Source: an uncultured Thermoleophilia bacterium
GTDB lineage: Bacteria > Actinomycetota > Thermoleophilia > UBA2241
Reading direction: 5' to 3'
Assembly: GCA_963702475.1 (NCBI GenBank)
Contig: CAVPCT010000001.1
Location: 64,001-128,000 of the forward strand
Length of the DNA: 64,000 nt
Below the pieces are notes generated by a model, which had not been told where the DNA came from, searched no databases, and was given only the letters and a program-made list of their open reading frames with translations. A program made the translations under genes and the position numbers. The stretch's first letter is position 1; each line of letters begins with the position of its first letter. Below are positions 21,640 to 31,985 of this stretch, piece by piece.

Positions 21640-23583
21640 GTGGGCGAAGCGACGATGGGCGGCGGCGCTCCCGCCGACGGCGTCACGACCCTGCCGCGGC
21701 TGTTCGCCGGGTGGGCGGCCGCCTACGCGGACGAGCCGGCGCTCAGCAGCAAGACCGGCGGTGTCTTCACGCCGATCACCTACCGTGAGCTCGACCGGCG
21801 CGCGCAAGCGCTGGCGCTCGCCTTCACAGAGGTCCTCGGCCTGCGCAAGGGCGAGCTCGCGGCCCTCATCTGCAACAACCGCCCCGAGTGGATGGTGTGC
21901 AGCCTCGCCATCCACCTGGCCGGGGCGGTGGACGTGCCGCGCGCCTCGGACACGCCGCCCGATATCCTCGACGCCATCCTTCGGCACGCGGAGCCGGCGG
22001 TGGCCATCCTCGAGAACCCCGCGCAGCTGGAGAAGGCACAGGGTGCCCTGCCCGCGCTGCGCGCGGCGGTCCTCATCGACGTCCCTCCGGGCGGCGTGGG
22101 GGACGTCGGCGCAGCCGGCGGGTCGTGCGCGCTGCACACCCTGGCCGGCCTGCTCGCCCGCGGCGAAGCGCTCCTGGGCGAGCGACCCGACGAGGTGGAG
22201 CGGTTGCGCGCGCAGCTCGGGCCGGACGACCTGGCGACCGTCATCTACACGTCCGGCACCACCGGCACGCCCAAGGGCGTCGCGCTCACGCACGCCAACT
22301 ACCTGCTCAACATCCGCGAGATCCCCAAGCTCACGCAGATCGAGCGTGAGCCTGTGCTCTCCATCCTGCAGCCCTGGCACGCCTACGAGCGTCAGGTCCA
22401 GCTCATGTGCCTCAGCCTCGGCTGCTGTCTGCACTACGGCGGCATCCTCTCGCTGCGCGGAGACCTCAAGGCCGTCCGTCCGGTCGCCCTGGCCACCGTC
22501 CCCGAGCTGTGGGTGAACGTGTACAAGGGCGTCTTGCAGAGGATCGACGCCGAGAAGGACTCGCGGCGCCGCCTGGCCCGCTGGCTCATCGCACGGTCGC
22601 TCAGCTCGGCGCGGGCGCGCCGCATCCTGTCCGGCCGCGAGCCGCGGCTGCGCGAGGTCGGCGCCGGCGGTCGCGCCGCGGAGACCGTCGCCGCTTTGGT
22701 CAAGGCCGCGGTGCTCTGGCCGGTCCACGCGCTCGCCGACCGGCTCGTCTTCCGCGAGGTCCGCGCCGGCTTCGGCGGCCGCCTGCGCTATCCCGTGGTC
22801 GGGGGCGGCCCGCTCCCGGACGCCGTGGACGAGTTCTTCGACGCCGCGCGCCTGCCTTTGCTCGAGGGGTACGGCATGACGGAGGCCATCGTCGTCATGG
22901 CCCTCCGCGAGCCACAGCACCGGGTGCTCAAGTCCACCGGGCGCATCATCCACGGCATGGAGCACCGCCTGGTCGGCGAAGGCGGGCGGCCTTGCCGGCC
23001 GGGCGAGACGGGACGCCTGTACGTGCGCGGCCCCAACATCATGCAGGGCTACTACAAGGATCCTGCCCTCACAGGCGAGGTCGTCGACGCCGACGGCTGG
23101 CTCGACACCGGCGACCTCGCGCGCGTGTACACCGACGGCGGCATCCGCGTGCTCGGCCGCCTCGACGACACGGTCGTGCTGTCGAACGGCAAGAACGTCA
23201 ACGCGCCGTACCTGGAGAACGAGTTGCGCGCCAGCGAGTGGGTGGAGCGGGCGGTCGTCGTGGGCGCCGGCCGGCCCTACGTGGCTGCCTTCGTGGCGCC
23301 CAGCCGCTCCCACCTGATGGAGCTCGGCCGCAAGCTGGGCCTGCCGGCGGCCGAGCCCGAAGAGCTGGTCGAGGACGAGCGCATCAAGGCGCACTACGCC
23401 GCGCTCGTCAACGGCATCAGCGCCGACGCGCGGCGCTTCGCGAGCTACGAGCGCGTGCAGCGCGTGCGGCTGTGGCTCGAGGAGTTCCGCATCGGCCGCG
23501 AGCTGTCGCAGACCCTCAAGCTGCGGCGGCAGGAGTTCTCGCGCCTGTACTCCGCCGAGATCGAAGCCCTCTTCGAGGGCTGA
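21640..23583 (+). CDS. long-chain fatty acyl-CoA synthetase (AMP-dependent)
   Basis: YTSGTTGTPKG, EGYGMTE, TGD and TLKLRR motifs; start at 21640 or 21655. Confidence 0.9.
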   Translation: MGEATMGGGAPADGVTTLPRLFAGWAAAYADEPALSSKTGGVFTPITYRELDRRAQALALAFTEVLGLRKGELAALICNNRPEWMVCSLAIHLAGAVDVPRASDTPPDILDAILRHAEPAVAILENPAQLEKAQGALPALRAAVLIDVPPGGVGDVGAAGGSCALHTLAGLLARGEALLGERPDEVERLRAQLGPDDLATVIYTSGTTGTPKGVALTHANYLLNIREIPKLTQIEREPVLSILQPWHAYERQVQLMCLSLGCCLHYGGILSLRGDLKAVRPVALATVPELWVNVYKGVLQRIDAEKDSRRRLARWLIARSLSSARARRILSGREPRLREVGAGGRAAETVAALVKAAVLWPVHALADRLVFREVRAGFGGRLRYPVVGGGPLPDAVDEFFDAARLPLLEGYGMTEAIVVMALREPQHRVLKSTGRIIHGMEHRLVGEGGRPCRPGETGRLYVRGPNIMQGYYKDPALTGEVVDADGWLDTGDLARVYTDGGIRVLGRLDDTVVLSNGKNVNAPYLENELRASEWVERAVVVGAGRPYVAAFVAPSRSHLMELGRKLGLPAAEPEELVEDERIKAHYAALVNGISADARRFASYERVQRVRLWLEEFRIGRELSQTLKLRRQEFSRLYSAEIEALFEG

Positions 23584-23661
23584 CGCCCGCAGACGGCTCA
23601 GTCGCCGCAGCGCTGCTGAGCCGCGCCTGGCCCGCAGGGCCCCGCAGGCGCGGGAGCAGCC

Positions 23662-23913
23662 TCAGGCCGGCGGGCCGGCCAGCCCGGCCTCGATCACGTC
23701 CACCGCGTCGCCGACGCGCTGGATGCCGAAGAGTGCCTCGTCCGAGATCGTCACCTTGAACGCCGTCTCGGCGCTTGTGACGATCGCCATGAGCTGGAGC
23801 GAGTCGGCGCCGATGTCCTCGATGAGACGCAGGTCGTCGGTCACGTCGCCGCGGTAGGCTGTCTCTTTCCCTATGATGCCCGCGAGCCTGTCGCGGATCT
23901 CGTCACGTGTCAT
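23662..23913 (-). CDS. acpP: acyl carrier protein
   Basis: GADSL phosphopantetheine site; 83 aa; acidic. Confidence 0.85.
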   Translation of the reverse strand: MTRDEIRDRLAGIIGKETAYRGDVTDDLRLIEDIGADSLQLMAIVTSAETAFKVTISDEALFGIQRVGDAVDVIEAGLAGPPA

Positions 23914-24034
23914 GGGCGCCCCGGACCTCCGTGTCGCTGAAGCCAGCAGACTACCACGGCCGGTGACCGGTGAGGCCGGTGACTCGCACGGGGGCCGTGA
24001 CTTGCAGGTGCAGCCCGGCCGGAGCGGCGGCGCC

Positions 24035-25543
24035 TCACAGCAGCCGCGAGAACAGCCGGTACACGGAGTTGCGGAACTTCTGGCCGCCGGTGAAGCTGTC
24101 GAGGTACTGCCAGGTGACCTCCTCGCAGTCCCCGATGTCCTTCTCGTACTGCGCCGCGTAGTCCCGCGCGATCTTCTTGTCGTAGAAGATCGACACGACC
24201 TCGTCGTGAAGGATGATGCTGCGGATGTCCCAGTTGCAGGTGCCCATGAGCGCGAACTCCTCGTCCACGGTCACCGTCTTGGCGTGCAGGAAGCCGGCCT
24301 TGTAGAGGTAGACCTTGACGCCGGCGCGCAGGAGCTGAGGGTAGTAGGCGTGGGCGGCGTAGAAGGGGATCTTCTTGTCGGGCACGCCGGTCATCATGAA
24401 GCGCACGTCGATGCCGGATGCGGCGGCCGCGCACATGGCCGTGATCAGCGGTTCGTCGGGGACGAAATAGGGCGACTGGATCCAGATGCGCTCGCGGGCG
24501 CCCAGCAGCGACGTGATGAACACGTCGCGGATGGCCTTGAACGTGGTGCCCACGCTGGAATGCAGCACCTGCACCGGCGTGCCCTCGCCGGGGGCGCACG
24601 AGTGCACCGGAGGCAAGTAGCCGCTGACGAGGTCCTCCGTGCCCCCGTTGAGGATCCAGACGGCGCCGTAGAGGAGCAGGTACGGGATCACCGCCGCCCC
24701 GCTCAGCCGGAACGAGGTGTCCCTCCACACCGCGAAGCGCGGCCCCCCGTCGATGTACTCCTGGCCCATGTTCATCCCGCCGGAGTACACGCTCTTGCCG
24801 TCGATGATCACCATCTTCATGTGGTTGCGGTAGTTGAACTGCGGCAGACGCTTGTAGCAGGGCACGACGGTGGCGCCGGCGGCGGCCAGCTTCTTGAGCT
24901 CGTCCTTCTTGTAGCTGATGCAGGAGAGCCAGTCGTAGATGATGTGCACCTCGACCCCGGCCCTCATGCGCTCGAGCAGCACCTCGGTGACCTTGGCCGT
25001 GAGCTCGTCCTGCTCCCAGATGAGGTACATGAGGTGGATGTACTTCTCGGCCGTGGCCATCTCGGCGAGCAGGGCGGGGAACTTCTGCGAGCCGGCGGTG
25101 TAGATGTCGACGGAGGCGGAGGGGAGGACGGCGGAGCCCTCCTCGCGCAGGGCGGTGGACTGCACGCGGTGCGCGGCGGTGCCGGTGGTGGCCGCGACCG
25201 CCGCCTCGGTGAAGGCCGCGTTGGCCTCCTCCACCGGGGTCAGCGAGACCGCCCGCAGCTGCTGCGTGCGGGCGAGCATGGCCCGGCGCTTCTTGGAGTC
25301 GCGCCGGTAGTTGCGCCCGATGAAGAAGTAGGCGACGAGGCCGAGCACGGGGAAGAGCAGGACGACGAACATCCACGCCAGCACCGTGCTGGGGTCCCTG
25401 TCGTCGGTGGCGAGCACGACGACCACACCGGCGATGGCCAGCAGCAGGAGGATGTCGATCACCCAGAAGCCGAGATTGAAGATGCTGCTGTTGAGGAGGG
25501 CGACGGTGCTCATCGCCTCCAGCGTGCTGCCGAGTGTCGTCAT
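24035..25543 (-). CDS. cls: cardiolipin synthase
   Basis: N-terminal PLDc_N TM pair; two HKD motifs (NHMKMVIID and LHAKTVTVD). Confidence 0.92.
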   Translation of the reverse strand: MTTLGSTLEAMSTVALLNSSIFNLGFWVIDILLLLAIAGVVVVLATDDRDPSTVLAWMFVVLLFPVLGLVAYFFIGRNYRRDSKKRRAMLARTQQLRAVSLTPVEEANAAFTEAAVAATTGTAAHRVQSTALREEGSAVLPSASVDIYTAGSQKFPALLAEMATAEKYIHLMYLIWEQDELTAKVTEVLLERMRAGVEVHIIYDWLSCISYKKDELKKLAAAGATVVPCYKRLPQFNYRNHMKMVIIDGKSVYSGGMNMGQEYIDGGPRFAVWRDTSFRLSGAAVIPYLLLYGAVWILNGGTEDLVSGYLPPVHSCAPGEGTPVQVLHSSVGTTFKAIRDVFITSLLGARERIWIQSPYFVPDEPLITAMCAAAASGIDVRFMMTGVPDKKIPFYAAHAYYPQLLRAGVKVYLYKAGFLHAKTVTVDEEFALMGTCNWDIRSIILHDEVVSIFYDKKIARDYAAQYEKDIGDCEEVTWQYLDSFTGGQKFRNSVYRLFSRLL

Positions 25544-25750
25544 CGAGTCTCCTTGCTTCGCCGAGCGCATACTCTCGCACGTCCGGCGGACGCGCGTCCA
25601 CTCGGCTCACCGAAAGGCGACCCAGCGAGGCGGCAGGGTCGCCCAGGCAGCGTACGGTCGAGGGAGGCGCGGGCGCGGCCGGCCGTCTCCTCGCTCCGCG
25701 GCGGCTCCGGCTGCCGCGTCCGGCGGCGTAGCCCCGGCCGGGGCGTCCGC

Positions 25751-26980
25751 TCAGCCCTTGAACACGAAGGTGGCGGCGCAGCGGTCGGCCAGACCCAGAC
25801 TGTCGGGCGCCGCGGACGGGACGGTGAAGTCGAGCGAGCAGGTGTACGGCGGCTGCATGAAGACGTACTGCACGATGTGGATGCCGCGAGGCCCGTGCGG
25901 GAAGCCGGCGCGCGTCTCGGCGACGATGCGCGACGCAGGCCTGCCGGCAAGTCGGCCGTAGGCGACCGACTCGATGAGCCCTGTCTCGCCCAGACGGCGC
26001 GCCAGGTCGTCGGTGCGCCCCTGCAGCGTGATCGCGCTGTGCGCCGCGTCGAGCTCCTGGCGGAGGAGCACCCCGTACGCCGCATCGTCGAGGGTGGCTG
26101 CTCCGGCATCCACGGCGAACAGGAGCGCGGCCAGCTGCCCGCGGCTGCTGGCGTACATGGTCGTCAGCGGTGCGAGCCACTCTCCGGCCCACGCCGCCCA
26201 GTCGGGGCCGCGTACCTGCAAGGCCGCCGCCGCAGCTGCGCCGGCGGTCTCGGGGGCGCCGCCCATCCAGCCCTGGGGTACCGCCATGGTCGCCCAGGGA
26301 GCGTCGACCGGATCCCATCCCGGGGGCGGCGGAGGGGCCGCGGCAGCTCCGTCTTCGAGCAGGGCGGCGTCGGGGCCGGTCCAGACGGTGTGGACCTGCC
26401 GGCCGTCGCGGCCGTAGAGCGTCAGGGCGCGGCGAGTCTGCTCGGACGAGGCAGCCGGGAAGTCCCAGCAGATGCAGCGCGCCGCGCGGGCGAGGGTGTC
26501 TGCGCCCGGGTCGCCCGCGGCGCCGAGCACGGCAAGCACCCGCGCATCGAAGTCCAGGTACCGGGCGCGCCACATGTCCTGGACCATGGTCGCCGCCGGC
26601 TCCGCCTCCTGCGCCATCGCCTCCTGCGCCACCGCGGCCGGGCCGGCTGTGAGGGAGCCGGCCTCCGCACCCGGCGGGCCCGCGGTGGCGGACGCCGCCG
26701 CGGGCGTCTGGGCTTCACCGGCCGCCACCGGCAGGGGAGTCGTCGCCTGCGGGGACGGCGCCTGCATCGTGACCGCGGGTGCAGCAGCGGGCGGCGGCGC
26801 CAGCGAGTACGCCCACTCCCGAAGACCGTCGTAGGCCCATGTCAGGTGGCCTTGCCGGTCGTACTCGAGCACGTCGTGGGCGGTCACGAGACCGTGGCCC
26901 TCGAGCGTGAAGCGCCCTTCGTAGTACGTGATGGTCCTGCCTGCCCACCCGGTCGTGGGCCCGAAGGTGGCGACGAGCAT
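25751..26980 (-). CDS. hypothetical multidomain protein (short N-terminal domain, Ala/Pro linkers, globular C-terminus)
   Basis: RBS GAGGAG; coding-like composition; no family recognised. Confidence 0.65.
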   Translation of the reverse strand: MLVATFGPTTGWAGRTITYYEGRFTLEGHGLVTAHDVLEYDRQGHLTWAYDGLREWAYSLAPPPAAAPAVTMQAPSPQATTPLPVAAGEAQTPAAASATAGPPGAEAGSLTAGPAAVAQEAMAQEAEPAATMVQDMWRARYLDFDARVLAVLGAAGDPGADTLARAARCICWDFPAASSEQTRRALTLYGRDGRQVHTVWTGPDAALLEDGAAAAPPPPPGWDPVDAPWATMAVPQGWMGGAPETAGAAAAAALQVRGPDWAAWAGEWLAPLTTMYASSRGQLAALLFAVDAGAATLDDAAYGVLLRQELDAAHSAITLQGRTDDLARRLGETGLIESVAYGRLAGRPASRIVAETRAGFPHGPRGIHIVQYVFMQPPYTCSLDFTVPSAAPDSLGLADRCAATFVFKG

Positions 26981-27112
26981 GGTCACTCCTCTCACGCGGC
27001 CGGCGGGACGCTGTCTCCGGGGGTCATCTTCGCCCCCAGGGCGTCGGCGGTCCAGAGCGCACCCTCGGCGGGTCGTTCGAGGCGGCAGGGCGAAGCCCCC
27101 GCCGGGCCGGGA

Positions 27113-27757
27113 TCAGTCCGCGGCCACCTGCCGGCGGCGCAGGTAGCGCACCGCCCACACGATCGCGCCGGGGGCGGCCGAGAGGCACACGGCCACGACC
27201 AGGGCGACCGCGAGGTAGTCCTGTACCCAGGGGACGTTGCCGAACAGGACGCCGGCGCCGAAGAAGATGGTCACCCATGAGGCGGCGGCGACCGCCGCGT
27301 ACAGCACCATCTTGTGCATCTCGAGACCGGCCACGCCCGCCACGAAGGGGGCCAGGGTTCGCACGATCGGCAGGTACCGCGCCAGCACGATGGCCAGCCC
27401 GCCGTGGCGCTCGTAGAACTCGTGGGCCCGCGCGATGTGCTCCGGCTTCAGATGCTTGCGCGGCTTGTTGAGGATCCGTCCGCCGATCCAGCGACCGATC
27501 AGGTAGTTGACCATGTCGCCGAGGAAGGCCGCGGCGAAGAGCAACGGCCCGAGGACGACCACGTCCAGCACCCCGGCGCCGGCGAGCGTGCCGCTGGCCA
27601 GCAGCAGGGACTCGCCGGGGAGGAACGGCGCCACCACGAGGCCGGTCTCGCAGAAGATGACGGCGGCGATGGACACGTACGACCACGGACCCAGCACGCC
27701 GATGAGCTGTGCCAGGTACTGGTCGAATTCGAGGATGTAGTGCAGGAGCTGGTCCAC
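27113..27757 (-). CDS. DedA/VTT family membrane protein
   Basis: FCETGLVVAPFLPGESLL, GDMVNY and ARYLPIVRT motifs. Confidence 0.9.
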   Translation of the reverse strand: MDQLLHYILEFDQYLAQLIGVLGPWSYVSIAAVIFCETGLVVAPFLPGESLLLASGTLAGAGVLDVVVLGPLLFAAAFLGDMVNYLIGRWIGGRILNKPRKHLKPEHIARAHEFYERHGGLAIVLARYLPIVRTLAPFVAGVAGLEMHKMVLYAAVAAASWVTIFFGAGVLFGNVPWVQDYLAVALVVAVCLSAAPGAIVWAVRYLRRRQVAAD

Positions 27758-27874
27758 TGTCAGGGTGACGTGCGCGCGGGCGTTGCAGTTCGGAGGGCGC
27801 GGGCTACTCTGCTGTCACCCGCGCCGGTCCTGCCGAGTATGACGCGGTCCGGCCGGGGCCGCGACCGCGTCGTG

Positions 27875-29083
27875 TCAGGCCGGGCCCGGCGAAGCCTGCG
27901 GCCCGGCCTGACCGGGCTCCGCCTCGGATGCGGCCTTCTGCTGCTCCGGGTGCTTGTGCAGCCGGCGTGCCTTGTACACCACGCGGTAGCGGTCGTACAG
28001 CACGATGATGAGCGTCAGCAGGTACGCGAAGAACAGCGTCTGCACGAACGGCGTGCGTGCGTCGCGGACGCCGAGCACGCGGTCCAGGAACTCCAGCACG
28101 AGCATGATGCCGAGGTTCACCACGAGCATCGTCACGAGCTCGCCGGCCGTACGCCTCCAGCTGCGGCCGCGCGTGGCCATCCAGTGACTCACGGCGGCGT
28201 TGACCACGGTGAACACCGCGACGCCGATGGTGATGCGCACCGGGTGCGCGGAGCCGCCGCTGAGCATGCTGGCGAAGATGATGCTGAGGATCGCCGTGAG
28301 GGCGATCTTCTCCCAGAGCGCCCAGTCGAGAAGGCGCGAGCCGGCTTTGACCAGGCGGAACGGCTCGGCGCCGTGCAGCTCGGGGGGCAACGCATCGGCC
28401 GCGAGGTGGGGGCCGTGGTCGAACTTCGGCGCCTTGCGCGTGACGATCCAGTAGGCGATGAAGCCGAGGGCCGCGAAGAAGGCGATCATCGCCACGAGCA
28501 CCCACGGCCGGTTGGCGATGGCCTCGCCCCAGCTCGAGTCGGCGGTCACGCCGAACAAGGTCTCCTTCATGAAGTCGGTCACGTCGAGCTGGGCGATGTG
28601 GATCCACCACTCCTGCGGGAGCTTGATGAAGATCCAGATGCCGGCGGCGGCCAGGATCACCGTCCACTTGCCCATGTGGCTCCAGTTCCAGCCCAGGCGC
28701 ACGGCCTCCACGAACAGCCAGAAGTACTCGAACGTGTTGGGGAAGATGAACAGGATCGGGCGCCACTGCGTGAGCTCGAACGAGACCACGCCGACCATGC
28801 GGTAGTAGAAGAGGAACTGGGCCGTGCGGAAGGCGATCTGGTTGGTCCAGTTGCGCAGCGTCGAGAGGTAGGCGACGGACAGGTAGTAGACGTCCAGCGC
28901 TTTGTCGTATGACTGGTACCCCTCCAGCGGGATGGCCGGGAACTTCTGGAAGATGCTCTGGTCCGCGGAGTCGAGGACCATACAGGCGACCAGGGCGGGC
29001 ACCGGGTAGTACGGGATCAGGAGGGGCAGGAGCAGGCGTGCGCCGATCACCAGCACCACGACGGTCCACTCCACCGTTCCCAC
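27875..29083 (-). CDS. hypothetical polytopic membrane protein
   Basis: LDSADQ...YQSYDKALD...FPNTFEYF...KLPQEWWIH conserved-looking motifs; start at 29083 or 29074. Confidence 0.7.
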   Translation of the reverse strand: MGTVEWTVVVLVIGARLLLPLLIPYYPVPALVACMVLDSADQSIFQKFPAIPLEGYQSYDKALDVYYLSVAYLSTLRNWTNQIAFRTAQFLFYYRMVGVVSFELTQWRPILFIFPNTFEYFWLFVEAVRLGWNWSHMGKWTVILAAAGIWIFIKLPQEWWIHIAQLDVTDFMKETLFGVTADSSWGEAIANRPWVLVAMIAFFAALGFIAYWIVTRKAPKFDHGPHLAADALPPELHGAEPFRLVKAGSRLLDWALWEKIALTAILSIIFASMLSGGSAHPVRITIGVAVFTVVNAAVSHWMATRGRSWRRTAGELVTMLVVNLGIMLVLEFLDRVLGVRDARTPFVQTLFFAYLLTLIIVLYDRYRVVYKARRLHKHPEQQKAASEAEPGQAGPQASPGPA

Positions 29084-29254
29084 ACACGCCTCCTCTACCG
29101 GGCCCCCCCGGGATGCTATCATCCTGACCGCCCGGCAAGGGCGGCAGCCGTCGTCGACGCCATCATCGTGTGGGGTCAGGCGGCGAGGTGCGTGTGCGCA
29201 GCGCGGGCGTAGTAGAGTCCGCCCACAGGCAGTCGACAGAATCGGAGAGTGCGT

Positions 29255-29779
29255 ATGAGCGAGATGATGGTCCTGGGCTTCGAGAACGAGCTGGAGGCCG
29301 ACCGCTTCGGCCTCAAGCTCGCGGAGCTGCAGCAGCAGATGATCGTGCAGCTCGGCGACGCCGCCGAGGTGATCCGCGACCCCGACGGCAAGCCGCACGT
29401 CAAGCACGGCGACCACATCGTCGGGGCCGGGGCCATGGGCGGCGCCTTCTGGGGCATGCTCTTCGGCCTGCTCTTCTTCATGCCCTTCCTCGGTCTCGCC
29501 ATCGGCGCCGGCATGGGCGCCCTCTTCGGCAAGATGGGCAAGACCGGCATCGACAAGCAGATCCTCGAGCAGATGGGCGACGCCATCCCCCCCGGCAAGG
29601 CCGGCTGGTTCCTCATCATCGACCAGATGACCGAGGACAAGTTCCTCGCCGCCGTCGAGGGCACCAACGCCAAGCTGGTGCGCTCCAACCTCACGGCCGA
29701 GCAGGAGGAGCAGCTCAAGCACGCCTTCGGCGCCAAGCACCACAAGAAGGACAAGGCGGCTCCGGCGGAGACCGCCTGA
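29255..29779 (+). CDS. DUF1269 family membrane protein
   Basis: GAMGGAFWGMLFGLLFFMPFLGLAIGAGMGAL...GID motif. Confidence 0.88.
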   Translation: MSEMMVLGFENELEADRFGLKLAELQQQMIVQLGDAAEVIRDPDGKPHVKHGDHIVGAGAMGGAFWGMLFGLLFFMPFLGLAIGAGMGALFGKMGKTGIDKQILEQMGDAIPPGKAGWFLIIDQMTEDKFLAAVEGTNAKLVRSNLTAEQEEQLKHAFGAKHHKKDKAAPAETA

Positions 29780-29867
29780 GCTTCGGCGGCTGAGCTTCAC
29801 CACATGGACGCGGCGGGGCGGCCCTCCCCGGCCTCCCCGCCGCGTCTCTCCATCCGGAGGGTCACCA

Positions 29868-30509
29868 GTGAGTCCGCGCCGCCACAGGAAGGAGCACAAG
29901 AAGGGACGCCTGGAGGCGTTCAGCGACGGCGTGTTCGCCATCGCCATCACGCTCCTCGTGCTCGAGATCACCGTGCCACACGTCACCGGCGACAAGCTGC
30001 TCGGCGAGCTGTGGCACGAGCGCCAGATGATCCTCGCCTACTTCGTCGCGTTCATGACCATCGGCGCCGTGTGGATCGAGCACAGCGCCCTGGTGGACGG
30101 GCTGGAGAAGGTGGACAGCGTCTTCATGCGCCTCAACCTTCTCCTTCTGCTCTTCTGCGCGCTGCTCCCGTTCCCCACCAGGCTCATGGGTGAGTACGCC
30201 GGCGACAAGCCGGGCGAGCGCGTGGCGGTCGTCTTCTTCGGCATCGTCCTGCTCATGCAGACCGTGATGCTGTACGTCCTCGCGCGCCACGCGGAGAAAG
30301 AGGGGCTCTACGGCTCGGACCTGGCGGACGAGGAGAATGAGGAGTCGCGGCTCAGGTACCAGCTGGCGCCGAGCCTCATCTTCTACGCCGTGGCCCTCGG
30401 TCTCGGCTTCATCTTCCCCTATCTCAGCCTCGTCCTGTACCTGCTGGTGGCCGTGTATCTCGCGGTCCCCGTCAGCACCGTGCGCAGGCTCTTCCGGCGT
30501 TCCGCCTGA
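29868..30509 (+). CDS. TMEM175 family potassium channel
   Basis: RLEAFSDGVFAIAITLLVL signature; LLPFPT. Confidence 0.9.
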   Translation: MSPRRHRKEHKKGRLEAFSDGVFAIAITLLVLEITVPHVTGDKLLGELWHERQMILAYFVAFMTIGAVWIEHSALVDGLEKVDSVFMRLNLLLLLFCALLPFPTRLMGEYAGDKPGERVAVVFFGIVLLMQTVMLYVLARHAEKEGLYGSDLADEENEESRLRYQLAPSLIFYAVALGLGFIFPYLSLVLYLLVAVYLAVPVSTVRRLFRRSA

Positions 30510-30679
30510 GTCCGGTCGTCCGGGAACCGGCGGCGCGGCGCCGGCGCCGGCCTCGTCCGGTGCCCCTGTGGTAAGTAAGCCCCCACTCCTGCTATAAGGA
30601 TGCGATCAACGAGGGGGCCGCTTCGCAACACCCCTCGTTGAGCCCGCTACGTCGCTTGATGGTCATCGGGGAGGTCGGC

Positions 30680-31978
30680 ATGTCGCGCAGGGGCTGGATC
30701 GTCGTCATCATCGTTCTGGCGGTCGTCGCGGCGGCCCTCGTGGGGGTCCTGCTCGCCACCGCCGGTGGCGGGGCGGCCGTCCCGGACGTGACCGGCCAGA
30801 CGCAGGAAGAGGCGGCCGCGGCGCTCGAGGCGGCCGGTTTCGTGGTCGGCGACGTCACGGAGGCCGCCGACGACGCCGTCCCGGCGGGCTCGGTCGTGAG
30901 CCAGGACCCGGCGGGCGGCGTGACGGCCGACGAGGGCGCCGCCGTCGCGCTCACCGTGTCCGCGGGGGCCGAGACCGTCGAGGTGCCCAATGTCATGGGC
31001 CTTGGCGTCGTCGAGGCGGAGGAGATGCTCGCCGACGCCGGCCTCGCCTCCGAGACCGCCTACGAGTACGACCTCAGGGCTCCTGCCGACCAGGTCCTGG
31101 GGCAGCTGCCCGCGCCGGGCGCGCAGGCCGCACCAGGGTCGAGCATCGGCCTGCTCGTGTCCAAGGGAGTGCCCACCGAGACCACCGTGCCCGAGGTCAC
31201 CGGTCTGAGCGAGGCGCAGGCCACGCGCAAGCTCGCCGAGGCCGGGCTGAGAGCAGTGCCGGCCGAGGCCTACAGCGACACCGTCGCCGAAGGCGTCGTC
31301 GCCCATCAGGACCCGGCCGCCGGGGAGGTCGTTTCCCCGCTTTCAGACGTGCTTATCGAGGTGTCGCTCGGAGAGGGCACCGCGACCGTCACGGTGCCCG
31401 ATCTCGTGGGCCTCACCAGGTCGGACGCCGCCGACGAGCTCGAGGCGCTCGGCCTGTCCGCCGAGATCGCCCAGGCGTACAGCCCGGACGCGAAGAAGGA
31501 CGTGGTGATGGGTCAGGAGCCGCGCGCGGGCGTGGAGGTCGAGCCGGGGTCGAGCGTCGGGCTGCTCGTCTCGCTCGGCCCGTCGCCGAGCCCGAGCCCG
31601 TCGCCGTCGAAGACCCCTTCGGCCTCGCCCACTCCGACGCCGGAGCCTACGAAGACGGCGACACCGACCTCCTCGGCCACGCCTTCACCCAAGCCCACCG
31701 CTTGGCCGCCCGAGATCGAGCCGCCGCCCGACGTGGGGGTCGACTACGTCAAGGTGCCCGACCTCACCGGCATGACGGTGAAGGATGCCGAGGAGGAGCT
31801 GGAGGAGCTGGGGCTGGAGTCTTACGTGGTCCGGCAGCCGAGCGAGGAGTATGCCGAGGACCTCGTGATGGACCAGCTGCCGGAGGCGGGCAGGCGGCTC
31901 CCGCAGACGTACGCGGTCTTCCTGCTTGTCTCCACCGGGCCCGAGTACGAGGTCTCACTGACGCTCGCGGACGAGTGA
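30680..31978 (+). CDS. membrane-anchored PASTA-repeat protein (five PASTA domains, no kinase)
   Basis: N-terminal TM; VPDVTG, VPNVMG, VPEVTG, VPDLVG and VPDLTG repeats; Pro/Ser/Thr linker. Confidence 0.88.
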   Translation: MSRRGWIVVIIVLAVVAAALVGVLLATAGGGAAVPDVTGQTQEEAAAALEAAGFVVGDVTEAADDAVPAGSVVSQDPAGGVTADEGAAVALTVSAGAETVEVPNVMGLGVVEAEEMLADAGLASETAYEYDLRAPADQVLGQLPAPGAQAAPGSSIGLLVSKGVPTETTVPEVTGLSEAQATRKLAEAGLRAVPAEAYSDTVAEGVVAHQDPAAGEVVSPLSDVLIEVSLGEGTATVTVPDLVGLTRSDAADELEALGLSAEIAQAYSPDAKKDVVMGQEPRAGVEVEPGSSVGLLVSLGPSPSPSPSPSKTPSASPTPTPEPTKTATPTSSATPSPKPTAWPPEIEPPPDVGVDYVKVPDLTGMTVKDAEEELEELGLESYVVRQPSEEYAEDLVMDQLPEAGRRLPQTYAVFLLVSTGPEYEVSLTLADE

Positions 31979-31985
31979 CGCGGTG

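Noticed and set aside
21640-25543. secondary-metabolite (NRPS/PKS-like) cluster suggested by adenylation enzyme plus ACP
   Set aside because: The ligase is an ordinary long-chain acyl-CoA synthetase convergent with acp and cls, and there are no condensing enzymes. Lipid metabolism is the simpler reading.
23873-27280. 1135-aa + strand ORF and other very long ORFs (23910-26573, 52074-54842, the extension of 20872-23394, 61624-63738)
   Set aside because: These are antisense or off-frame shadows of real genes, a normal result of stop-codon scarcity at high GC. They are Arg/Pro/Gly-rich with no motifs.
31560-31730. DNA repeat array within the PASTA gene
   Set aside because: Explained by a low-complexity Pro/Ser/Thr protein linker.
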